Below are positions 46,141 through 54,667 of a stretch of 64,000 bases of DNA, piece after piece; position 1 is the first letter of the stretch, and each line of letters starts with the position of its first letter. The notes beneath the pieces were generated by a model. That model saw nothing but the letters and a program-made list of their open reading frames with translations, was not told the origin of the DNA and did no database searches. This DNA is from Eubacteriales bacterium (GTDB lineage Bacteria; Bacillota; Clostridia; Oscillospirales; CAG-272): positions 6,347-70,346 of the forward strand of contig JAZQHJ010000173.1 of the NCBI GenBank assembly GCA_045540515.1, written 5' to 3'. The position numbers and the translations under genes were made by a program.

Positions 46141-47244
46141 ATGGAAAAGGGATTTTTTATATCAAGAAGAGGTGGCTCTCACGCAAGCTCAGGAACACCA
46201 ATGCAGGATTATTCATCAGCGGTAAGATGCGATGATTATAGCATTGCAATAGTTTGTGATGGACACGGATCAGCCAAGCATTTCAGAAGTCATATCGGCT
46301 CACGTCTTGCAACCGAGGTAATACAGGAAAATCTAATAGATTTTGTAAATGCGTATCCAAATTATGAAAGCGCGAGTAAGGATTTTGGCAAAAAGGCTGA
46401 AAGATTAAAGCTAAATATTTTAAATACATGGATTTCCAAAATTGATGAGGATATAGACAAAACTCCTTTTACCGAGGAAGAGCTTAAAAAGGGTGTAGGC
46501 AACAAGGGTGTTGATTATTTAAGCTACTATACCAAGGTTACACCATATGGAACAACTGCTCTTGCGGTGCTTTTGACCAAGGATTATTATGTAGCGCTTA
46601 TGCTAGGTGATGGACTTATTGCAAAAATGGCTCCTTATACTGAAGCGACCGAGGAAACCTTTGAGGGAAAGCGTGAAATTAAAAGAGGCGACCCGATTGA
46701 CTCTATGTGCAACGAGGATGCGGCATATAAAATGCACGTAAAGTGCGTTCCTGTATCAGAGGACGAAAAGGGACTTGCATTTGCAATTTCCTCTGACGGA
46801 TATTGTGAAGCAGGCGTTTTTCCAACCTGGAAAATGCTAAATTGGCCAAAGAAATACATAGTAAGATATGCAGTTAGAGGTATTGACGAGGCAATAGAAG
46901 CAATTACACCTCAATTTGACGAGATTTCAGCAAAAAGCGAAGCAGAGGACGACATTTCAATGGCGATTGCTTGCAATGAACCAGAGTTATATATAGAATG
47001 GGCAAAGGCGGAGAGAGAAAAGGCTCTTAAAGCAAAGGCAGAGGCAGAGAGAAAAGCCGAGGAAGAGAAAAAGGCAGAGGCTGAAAAGGAAGCAACGGCG
47101 AAAGCAGAGACAGAAGCAAAGGAAGAAGAAAAGGCTCAAAGCACAGAGCAAGAAAGCGCCCAAGCACCTGATGAAAAGCCAGAGCAGGAAAATAAAGAAA
47201 CCGAGCAGACCCCTGAAAAGGAAGAGGATGCTCCAAAGGAATAA
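46141..47244 (+). CDS. PP2C-family Ser/Thr phosphatase with E/K/A-rich low-complexity tail
   Basis: MQDY...AIVCDGHGSAKH, LMLGDGLI and AISSDGYCE blocks. The last ~90 aa are KAEAERKAEEEKKAEAEKE... Confidence 0.75.
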   Translation: MEKGFFISRRGGSHASSGTPMQDYSSAVRCDDYSIAIVCDGHGSAKHFRSHIGSRLATEVIQENLIDFVNAYPNYESASKDFGKKAERLKLNILNTWISKIDEDIDKTPFTEEELKKGVGNKGVDYLSYYTKVTPYGTTALAVLLTKDYYVALMLGDGLIAKMAPYTEATEETFEGKREIKRGDPIDSMCNEDAAYKMHVKCVPVSEDEKGLAFAISSDGYCEAGVFPTWKMLNWPKKYIVRYAVRGIDEAIEAITPQFDEISAKSEAEDDISMAIACNEPELYIEWAKAEREKALKAKAEAERKAEEEKKAEAEKEATAKAETEAKEEEKAQSTEQESAQAPDEKPEQENKETEQTPEKEEDAPKE

Positions 47245-47279
47245 TAATGGAGAAATAAGCCAAGAGCTTAATTAGAAAT

Positions 47280-47801
47280 ATGGAGCATTTATTCATTTTA
47301 GTTGACACCTCGGGAAGCGTTGTGCTTGAAGGGATTCAAAAGATTGGACAAATTAACGATTTTTTAAGAGATGTGATAATTGCAACAATAGACCATCTTA
47401 AATCAATTCATGTTATTTTGTATTCTGATTTGCCAAGGGTTTATTTTAGAAAATCCGACGGAAGGGGATTCGGAGAAATCAAGGACTATGAATTTACAGG
47501 ACGCTCTAATCTTGGAAAGGCATATGCATTAACTAAAAAAATAATGGATGAGCAATCAGTTGATTGCTCAAATTCCATTATTGCCATAATATCGGACGGA
47601 GAGGCAACCGATAATTACAAAAAGGAGCTTATGCTCCTTGACCCAGACCAGAAATCAAAGAGGATTGCAGTGGGCTTGGGTGCAGAGCAAGATACACTTG
47701 AAGACCATATAAACGAAACAGGTGTAATTATATCCGATATAACAAGCGATAATGCAAAACGAGAGTTTATAGGCAACACAATCAATACAATTACTATATA
47801 A
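47280..47801 (+). CDS. short vWA domain protein (intact MIDAS)
   Basis: FILVDTSGSV, GRSNLGKAY and AIISDGEATDN. The protein is 173 aa. Confidence 0.7.
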   Translation: MEHLFILVDTSGSVVLEGIQKIGQINDFLRDVIIATIDHLKSIHVILYSDLPRVYFRKSDGRGFGEIKDYEFTGRSNLGKAYALTKKIMDEQSVDCSNSIIAIISDGEATDNYKKELMLLDPDQKSKRIAVGLGAEQDTLEDHINETGVIISDITSDNAKREFIGNTINTITI

Positions 47802-47813
47802 AAGAGGATAAAA

Positions 47814-50800
47814 ATGAACATATCAGCAAAAGATCTGGCAAAATTTTTACAGAATTCCGTTTCCTTTGATTTTTCAAAGGAAACAATTTTGTCGTACAAT
47901 AAAATACGCAGAAGATATGATGATTTTTATGCCTTGGAGAATAAAAGAGCATTTATTGCCTTGCTTAATGATATAATCGGTGATGACAATCAGTTGGTTG
48001 ATATTTTTGCTGACCTTCAAGCAGCCGATAGAGGATTCAGATTTTTTGCAAACGAGGAAAATAGGCAGTCAAGAAGCGTATTAAACGCAATCGGCTATTT
48101 TTTAAGCGACAGACGATTTGATTATCACAAAAACGATATTGCAAAGGTATATTTTGCAATAAACACATGGCTCTGCTTCTACGGTGCAAATGAGGTTTCA
48201 CTTCACTGGACCGTTTGTCCTCTATGCACAAAAAAGATTGTATTTGGACAATGCAGTAATTTAAGCTGTAAGAAGAAGGAAGAGGAATTTATTCCTATAA
48301 TGCTTGAGCTTCAAGCAATTTTAAAGGCAGAAAACGAAGGCAAGGAAATGCCTTTGCCAAAATATTTTAAAACGATTGAGCCAAATGCCGAGTTTGGCTT
48401 TTACAAAACAAGCATTGAGCAAAAAAGGAACGAAAGAAAGGCGCAACAGGAGCAACAGGAGCAGAAGGACAAAAAGAAAGCAATTGAGCTTGCAGAAAAG
48501 GAGCTTGTAAAGATTTCTGAAAAGGCAAGGCTCGAATCCGAAAAGGAAGTTCCTGATTTTGATTCAATTTTTAAGGAGCTTACAACAAATCCTATAATCC
48601 TTGAAGCACTAAAATACAAGGACAAGAGCTTTGAGAAAAAGCTCAATGCCTTAAAGGAGCAAATTCAAGGCTATAAGGACAGCGTTTATTCAAAAAAGGA
48701 GCAAGAAAGACAAAAGGCAATAGCTATAAATGACTTTAAAGCTTTTTCTCTCCTAAAAGCAAAGCTGGATGCAGAGCTTGCAAACAAGGGAATTGAGCTC
48801 CCTCTTGAAGAGGTTAGAGAGCTTTTGGCAAAGGCAGATGAGGCATTTAATAAGGTTGACACTGCAAATACAAGATACCCAAGCCTGTATTCAAAGTCCG
48901 AGAAGGAAGTCATTAAGGACTACAAGGAAAGCACCAAGCCAAAAACCGAAAAGAGAATCGAGGAAAGAGTCGAGGAGGAACGCCTTGACGACGCCAAGGA
49001 CAAGCTTGTAATAGCTATTGGTGAAATTGAAAAGGAATACGAAAGATGCAAGAATCTCAAGGACGGCGCAAGTGAGCTTTGGGAAAAATTTATAAACGAG
49101 ATTGAGAAAAACGAGGAATATATTGACTGTCGTGAGGTTCCAGCGTGGGATGCTGTTTATTTGGAAATAACAGGACCAATAAAGCAGAAGCTTTCAAATT
49201 TGCTTACAGAGGAAACCGAACAAAAGAAAAAGCACTTTATGTCAGCAGTTGTTCCTTTAAAGGATAAGGTAAGCAAGGCAAAGCCAGCGGACAAGTCTGC
49301 AAATGCTTTATCTAACGAGCTTAAAGCAATAAAAGCTAACAAATACTATTCGAGCATAAAGCAAAGTGCTGAATACAAGAAGGAAATTGCTTGGCTTGAA
49401 AACAAAATAAACGACCTACAAGCAAAGGAAAGGGCATATTTCAAGAGAAGAAAGACAGCCGTTTCAGCAACATCTATAACTATTTTGAGCCTTGCTATAA
49501 TTTTGTACTCACTGCTTGCGTACATTATTCCAATTTCAAGGGTTCAAATCAAATCAACAAAAGCCTCGACTAATAATTATTCAGTTGAAAGCTTAAAGGA
49601 CAACGAAACTGAATTTTTGATAATAGACGAGTATTTACCACATTTCTTTTTACAAAAAAGTAAAAGGGTTTCAAGCATTTCAAGCGAAGCCTTTAAGAAT
49701 AATGAATATCTTAAAAAATGCACACTTCCTGCTTCAATTGAAAGAATAGGAGAGGGAGCATTTGATGGATGCACAAGCCTTGGTCTAGTAGTGCTACAAT
49801 CCAATGAGCCACCAAAAATTGAGAGTAGCTCGTTTGATAATTGTAACACAATTTTTGTCGTGCCAGAGGAAAGCTACTCTGCGTATATGCAAAGCGAGGA
49901 CTGGGCAAGACACAGAACAAAAATTTTCCCAAATTACAACAACCAAGACGGCTTTGGCACTGTTATGTTCGATTCAAATGGTGGAAGCAGTGTTGAAACA
50001 ATGAAAACAATTCAGCTAAATGCACAGGTAAGCACACTTCCAACCCCAACCAAGGAGGGCTACGCCTTTGCAGGCTGGTATTACATTGATGCAGAGGGCA
50101 AGCAAGCCGTAATGAGCAATGATGATGCAGTGTTTTCAACAAGCACAAAGCTTGTTGCCAAGTGGAAGCAGGGCGTATATTCAGTAAGCTTTGAGCAAAA
50201 CGATGGCACAGGAAAAGCAACAAGCGCTGACTATACATATGGTGAAAGATGGGAGTCATTCCCACAGCCTACAAGGGATGGATATACCTTTGAGGGCTGG
50301 TATATAAATGACAAGAAGCTATTAGAGACATCACTTGTTAGCATTACAGGAAATGCAACTGCAATAGCAAAATGGACTGCAAACGAATACAGTGTTAGCT
50401 TTGATTATGCAGGCGGAGAGTCTTCAACAGAGCAGACAACGGTAATTTTTGATGGAAAATACGGAGAGCTTCCACAATCAACAAAAGTGGGCTATACCTT
50501 TGGTGGTTGGAGCTATGAAAATGAAAGCATTAGTTCAAGCACAGTAGTTAAAGCACCAAAAAATCATACGCTTGTTGCAAAATGGATTCCAAACACCTAC
50601 ACAATCCGTTATGAGGCTATGGGTGGAATAATAAGCGAAGAGACTATAATCTGCGAGTACGATAAGCCAGTGACACTCAGCGCTCCGCAAAGAGCTGGTT
50701 ATACCTTTGTTAACTGGGAGTGCGACGGAGTAACCTATCTTGCAGGAGACGAGGTTCTCAATCTTGCAAGCACAAGTGCTGAGTTTGTTTTTGAGGCTAA

Positions 50801-53800
50801 TTGGAAAGCAAACACCTATAAAATTAAATACGATTCAGACGGAGGAAATGTAAACAAGCAGGAGCAGGATTGCATATATGATGTAGATGTCGTGCTTGAA
50901 ACACCGACAAGAAATGGCTATAAGTTCCTTTACTGGTCATATGGCTCTTACAAGCTGTATGGTGGAGAGGTTGCAAGCAATCTTTCATCCACACAAGGGG
51001 ATGAAATACAGTTAAAGGCAATATGGAGAGCAATTACATATACAATTGAATATGATGCAAATGGTGGAGAGCAGGTAAACAATAGCGTTCTATGTACATA
51101 TGATGTTCCTACAATACTAGAAACTCCAACAAGAGATGGCTACACCTTCAAGCATTGGACACACCAAGGGACAATTTATGAGGCTGGACAAAGCATTGTA
51201 AATCTTACAAGCGACGATGAAGGAAAAATCAAGCTTGTTGCCGTTTGGGTCGCTAAGGAAAATGTTATCACCTTTAATCCAAATGGTGGTACAGGAGAAA
51301 TGACCGACGTTAATATACTTTCCGATGGTAGTGTACAATTACCACTTAATGCATATGCAAAAAATGGCTATACCTTTATAGGTTGGAGCACACAGAAAAA
51401 TGGTAGCGTTGAATATAAAGACGGAGATACCTTTGAGGCAGGAACAGAGTCAAGCTATACTCTTTATGCCGTTTGGGAGGCAAATGAAAACAAGCTAATT
51501 CTTTATGCAAATAACGGTACACAGGAGAGCATTGAGCTAACTGTTAAAACAGCACAGACAATAACAATACCTAAAAACACCTTCACACGTGCAGGATATA
51601 CCTTTACAGGCTGGGAGCTGGCAGATGGAACAGGTGCATCCTACAAGGATGAGGCAGAGATAGTAATGCCTGCAAGTGAGGAATCATACCTTGTTGCAAT
51701 ATGGACGGCAAATGATAACACCATTATTTTTGATGCCAATGGAGGAAGTGGAGAAGCAGTTGAACAGCATATCAAGACTGATGAAAATAAGCCACTTATT
51801 GCTTGTAGCTATACAAGAAAGGGTTATAAATTTATAGGCTGGTCAAGGACTAAGGACGGAGGAGTAAACTATTTAGATGGCGCAGGCTATCAAATGGATG
51901 CAAGCGCAACAACAACTCTTTATGCGGTTTGGGAAATCGTAAATTACGATATTACCTATGAGCTAAGCGGAGCAGAAAATTCAAGCTCAAATCCAACAAG
52001 CTATAACATAAGCTCAGGCACAATTGTACTTGAAGCTCCAAGCAAGGCTGGTTATACCTTTGATGGATGGTTCCTTGATGAATTAGCAACTCAACCAATT
52101 ACTCAAATTGATTCAACAAGGCTTGAAGCAATTACTCTTTATGCTAAATTCACAGTAAATACAAATAAGCTTCACTTTAATCCTATGGGAGCAAGTGGAG
52201 AAATGGCAACTCTTGATGTTCAAACGGGCAAGATAGTTACCTTGCCAAGCTGTACATTTACAAAGCCGGGTTACTATTTTGTAGGTTGGAGCACAGAAAA
52301 TGGCGGAGACGTGTCGTATTTTGCTTCCTCATCGTACGAAATGGGAACAGAGGCTGAATATACTCTTTATGCCGTTTGGGATAAGGCTGTATATACCATA
52401 AGCTATGAAACAAACGGTGGAACAAATTCAACCTTAAATCCATCCGAGTACCACATAGAAAGTGCAGAAATTATTTTGAAATCACCTACAAAGGCAGGCT
52501 ATACCTTTGGAGGCTGGTATTCAGAATCAACAATGACAACTGATAAGGTGGAAAAAATATCAGCAGGAAGCACGGGCAATATAACCCTATATGCAAGGTG
52601 GATTGCAAATACAAATACACTCCACTTTAACGCAAACGGCGGAACGGGAGCAATGAATGACGTTAAGCTTCAAACTGGCGAGGAAATGAAAGCATTGCCA
52701 AGCGCTACCTTTGAAAAGGTCGGCTACAACTTTGCAGGTTGGGCACTAACACCTAATGGAAGCTCAATTTATGCAAACGGAGCAAGCTTTGAAATGGGCA
52801 CCGATGCTGAAATGACACTCTATGCAGTATGGACAGACTTTTCATATACTATCTCATATAATTTGGACGGAGGAATAAACAATCAACAAAACCCAAGTGG
52901 CTATGGTGTGGAAACCAACACAATAACACTTGCATCTCCAACCAAGGCAGGCTACACCTTTATGGGATGGTATTCTGAGGATTCCCTTGAAAACAAGATA
53001 ACACAAATTCCAAAGGGAAGCACAGGAAATATTGTGCTTTATGCAAGCTGGGAAGCAAACGAAAATACAATAATATTCAATCCAAATGGCGCAACTGGCT
53101 CAATGAGTAGCATTAAGCTGAAAACAGGCGAGTCGATAAAGCTACCAAGAAATACCTTTAAGAAGGAGGGCCATACCTTTAAGGGCTGGGCAACCACTGC
53201 AAATGGAGCAGTTGCTTATGCTGATGGCTCTGCTTATGTAATGGGTACTGGCTCAACCTATACGCTATATGCAGTATGGCAGGCGAATTCATATGTTGTA
53301 ACATATGCAGACCATTCAAAGACAGTTATCTATGGTCAGTCATACGGAACGCTTTCAAAGCCAAGCACAGAGCCAACAGGATATAAGTTCTCACATTGGA
53401 CATACAATGGAGCAACAATAAGTGCTGGAACAACTGTAACAACTGCGTCAAGCCATACCCTAACACCAGTATGGGTAGCACGTACATATACAGTTTATTA
53501 CGGACCATATTCAAAGACAGTAACATACGATCAGCCATATGGAGAATTTAACACAGTATCAAAGACAGGATATACATTCAATAATTGGAGCTATAATGGA
53601 GCAACAATAACCTCAAATACAATTGTTAAAACGGCATCAGACCATACCTTAAAGGACAACTGGGTAGTAAACTATTACACGATTTCAATTTCTGAAAGCG
53701 GAGCATGGGCAACAGTTGAGGTTAATGGAGTTACATATTCCTCTGAAACTACAATTTCAGCTCCATACAATGCAAGCATAAAGGTTACATTTGGTGCAAA

Positions 53801-54608
53801 TAGCAATTATCAAAATCCTACATGCTCGTACAATGGAACTGCAATATCAAGTGGCTATACAACAACTATGCCAGCAGGCAACGTAAGCATAAGTGCAAGC
53901 GCAACAGAAATTCCATCAGGTGGTAGTTGCTTTGCAAGAGGAACACTGATTGCACTAGGAAATGGCAGAGTGGTTAAGGTCGAGGACCTAAATGTTGGAG
54001 ATGAAATCTTATCATTTGACCACGCAACAGGAAAATTTGTAGCTCAAAGGGTTGGATTTATCTTTAAGGCATTTGAAAGTGTTGAAATAAACGAGCTATT
54101 CTTTGAAAATGGTAGCTCAATTACCTTAACTAACTATGGCGGACACGGTATGTATGATGCTACTCTTGGAGAATATGTACTAATAACACCAGAAAACGTA
54201 AATCAATTTATCGGGCACGAGTTTGCAGTAATGAATGGTGAAAAAATAGGTACAACAAGGCTTGAAGCATATGATTACAGAATTGCATATGTTGAGCGAT
54301 ATGACGTTGTAACCCACAACACCCTTAACTGCATAGCGAATGGATTTATTACATGCTCTGACGTGCTTGTAAGCATTTGCAATGTATTTGAATTTACAAG
54401 CAATTTTACGTATGACCTTGAAAAAATGGAAAACGATATTAACACCTACGGCTTATACACCTATGAGGAGTGGAGTGAATATCTAACCGAGGAGGAATTT
54501 AATTCCTTTGGAGGTGCATACTTCAAGGTAGCTGTTGGCAAGGGCTTAATTACAAGGGATGAAATATTACAGCTCCTTTGGTTCTTGCACAGCTGGAACA
54601 ACATTTAA
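47814..54608 (+). CDS. 2264-aa single-pass membrane protein: cytoplasmic Zn-ribbon + coiled coil, TM helix, BspA-type LRR, 17 Listeria/Bacteroides (Flg_new-type) repeats, beta-rich spacer, C-terminal Hint domain
   Basis: CPLCTKK...CSNLSC ribbon (48215-48269). K/E-rich coiled coil at about aa 170-540. TM helix AVSATSITILSLAIILYSLLAYIIPI (49458-49535). LRR IERIGEGAFDGCTSL. GY(T/K)FxGW occurs 17 times. CFARGTLIALGNG...THNTLNCIANGFITCS is the Hint domain. Confidence 0.8.
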   Translation: MNISAKDLAKFLQNSVSFDFSKETILSYNKIRRRYDDFYALENKRAFIALLNDIIGDDNQLVDIFADLQAADRGFRFFANEENRQSRSVLNAIGYFLSDRRFDYHKNDIAKVYFAINTWLCFYGANEVSLHWTVCPLCTKKIVFGQCSNLSCKKKEEEFIPIMLELQAILKAENEGKEMPLPKYFKTIEPNAEFGFYKTSIEQKRNERKAQQEQQEQKDKKKAIELAEKELVKISEKARLESEKEVPDFDSIFKELTTNPIILEALKYKDKSFEKKLNALKEQIQGYKDSVYSKKEQERQKAIAINDFKAFSLLKAKLDAELANKGIELPLEEVRELLAKADEAFNKVDTANTRYPSLYSKSEKEVIKDYKESTKPKTEKRIEERVEEERLDDAKDKLVIAIGEIEKEYERCKNLKDGASELWEKFINEIEKNEEYIDCREVPAWDAVYLEITGPIKQKLSNLLTEETEQKKKHFMSAVVPLKDKVSKAKPADKSANALSNELKAIKANKYYSSIKQSAEYKKEIAWLENKINDLQAKERAYFKRRKTAVSATSITILSLAIILYSLLAYIIPISRVQIKSTKASTNNYSVESLKDNETEFLIIDEYLPHFFLQKSKRVSSISSEAFKNNEYLKKCTLPASIERIGEGAFDGCTSLGLVVLQSNEPPKIESSSFDNCNTIFVVPEESYSAYMQSEDWARHRTKIFPNYNNQDGFGTVMFDSNGGSSVETMKTIQLNAQVSTLPTPTKEGYAFAGWYYIDAEGKQAVMSNDDAVFSTSTKLVAKWKQGVYSVSFEQNDGTGKATSADYTYGERWESFPQPTRDGYTFEGWYINDKKLLETSLVSITGNATAIAKWTANEYSVSFDYAGGESSTEQTTVIFDGKYGELPQSTKVGYTFGGWSYENESISSSTVVKAPKNHTLVAKWIPNTYTIRYEAMGGIISEETIICEYDKPVTLSAPQRAGYTFVNWECDGVTYLAGDEVLNLASTSAEFVFEANWKANTYKIKYDSDGGNVNKQEQDCIYDVDVVLETPTRNGYKFLYWSYGSYKLYGGEVASNLSSTQGDEIQLKAIWRAITYTIEYDANGGEQVNNSVLCTYDVPTILETPTRDGYTFKHWTHQGTIYEAGQSIVNLTSDDEGKIKLVAVWVAKENVITFNPNGGTGEMTDVNILSDGSVQLPLNAYAKNGYTFIGWSTQKNGSVEYKDGDTFEAGTESSYTLYAVWEANENKLILYANNGTQESIELTVKTAQTITIPKNTFTRAGYTFTGWELADGTGASYKDEAEIVMPASEESYLVAIWTANDNTIIFDANGGSGEAVEQHIKTDENKPLIACSYTRKGYKFIGWSRTKDGGVNYLDGAGYQMDASATTTLYAVWEIVNYDITYELSGAENSSSNPTSYNISSGTIVLEAPSKAGYTFDGWFLDELATQPITQIDSTRLEAITLYAKFTVNTNKLHFNPMGASGEMATLDVQTGKIVTLPSCTFTKPGYYFVGWSTENGGDVSYFASSSYEMGTEAEYTLYAVWDKAVYTISYETNGGTNSTLNPSEYHIESAEIILKSPTKAGYTFGGWYSESTMTTDKVEKISAGSTGNITLYARWIANTNTLHFNANGGTGAMNDVKLQTGEEMKALPSATFEKVGYNFAGWALTPNGSSIYANGASFEMGTDAEMTLYAVWTDFSYTISYNLDGGINNQQNPSGYGVETNTITLASPTKAGYTFMGWYSEDSLENKITQIPKGSTGNIVLYASWEANENTIIFNPNGATGSMSSIKLKTGESIKLPRNTFKKEGHTFKGWATTANGAVAYADGSAYVMGTGSTYTLYAVWQANSYVVTYADHSKTVIYGQSYGTLSKPSTEPTGYKFSHWTYNGATISAGTTVTTASSHTLTPVWVARTYTVYYGPYSKTVTYDQPYGEFNTVSKTGYTFNNWSYNGATITSNTIVKTASDHTLKDNWVVNYYTISISESGAWATVEVNGVTYSSETTISAPYNASIKVTFGANSNYQNPTCSYNGTAISSGYTTTMPAGNVSISASATEIPSGGSCFARGTLIALGNGRVVKVEDLNVGDEILSFDHATGKFVAQRVGFIFKAFESVEINELFFENGSSITLTNYGGHGMYDATLGEYVLITPENVNQFIGHEFAVMNGEKIGTTRLEAYDYRIAYVERYDVVTHNTLNCIANGFITCSDVLVSICNVFEFTSNFTYDLEKMENDINTYGLYTYEEWSEYLTEEEFNSFGGAYFKVAVGKGLITRDEILQLLWFLHSWNNI
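49956..53666 (+). repeat. in-frame tandem protein-repeat array (17 units of ~63-75 aa, four subtypes)
   Basis: The repeats fall into four subtypes, which I label A-D. Reading along the gene, the order is D x6 (aa 715-1146), A x3 (1150-1375), alternating B-A x3 (1376-1822) and C x2 (1826-1951). Each unit carries a GY(T/K/N/Y)F.(G/N/H/Y)W core. Confidence 0.8.
53928..54356 (+). other. Hint (Hedgehog/intein-like, BIL-type) domain
   Basis: It starts at Cys2039 (CFARGTLI, the intein block A pattern) and contains VVTHNTLNCIANGF (block F-like). It ends ITCS instead of the canonical terminal HN. An 83-aa tail follows. Confidence 0.7.
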
Positions 54609-54615
54609 AAGAAAG

Positions 54616-54645
54616 GTAAGTGGCAGAATAAGCTCTGCCACTTAC
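54616..54645 (+). other. perfect 12-bp stem hairpin between the giant gene and the ATPase gene (possible attenuator/stabiliser)
   Basis: GTAAGTGGCAGA ataagc TCTGCCACTTAC, followed by TAAAATT, which is only a weak T-tract. Confidence 0.5.
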
Positions 54646-54667
54646 TAAAATTGCAAGAGGGGAAAAT

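Noticed and set aside
48367-48913. Several minus-strand ORFs (66-81 aa) inside the giant gene, and similar ones at 42862-43362, 44440-44898 and 45715-46062.
   Set aside because: All are antisense to well-supported plus-strand genes, lack RBSs and have low-complexity, hydrophobic artefact-like composition.
49956-53666. Periodic ~190-225-nt repetition that could suggest a CRISPR array or satellite.
   Set aside because: The periodicity is in-frame protein-domain repetition (GYTFxGW units) within one continuous ORF. The repeat DNA is diverged, and there are no short identical direct repeats with unique spacers.
53928-54356. The Hint domain as a bona fide splicing intein.
   Set aside because: It has no terminal His-Asn plus nucleophile (the sequence ends ITCS) and no homing-endonuclease insert. 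The downstream 'extein' is only 83 aa at the very C-terminus. A cleavage-type BIL or Hedgehog-like Hint domain is more consistent.
47814-54608. The giant protein as a polymorphic toxin with a downstream immunity gene.
   Set aside because: The 83-aa post-Hint tail shows no nuclease, deaminase or ADP-ribosyltransferase motif that I recognise. The next gene is the FtsK-like ATPase, not a small immunity-like ORF. This cannot be excluded without profile searches, so it is kept only as a caveat.
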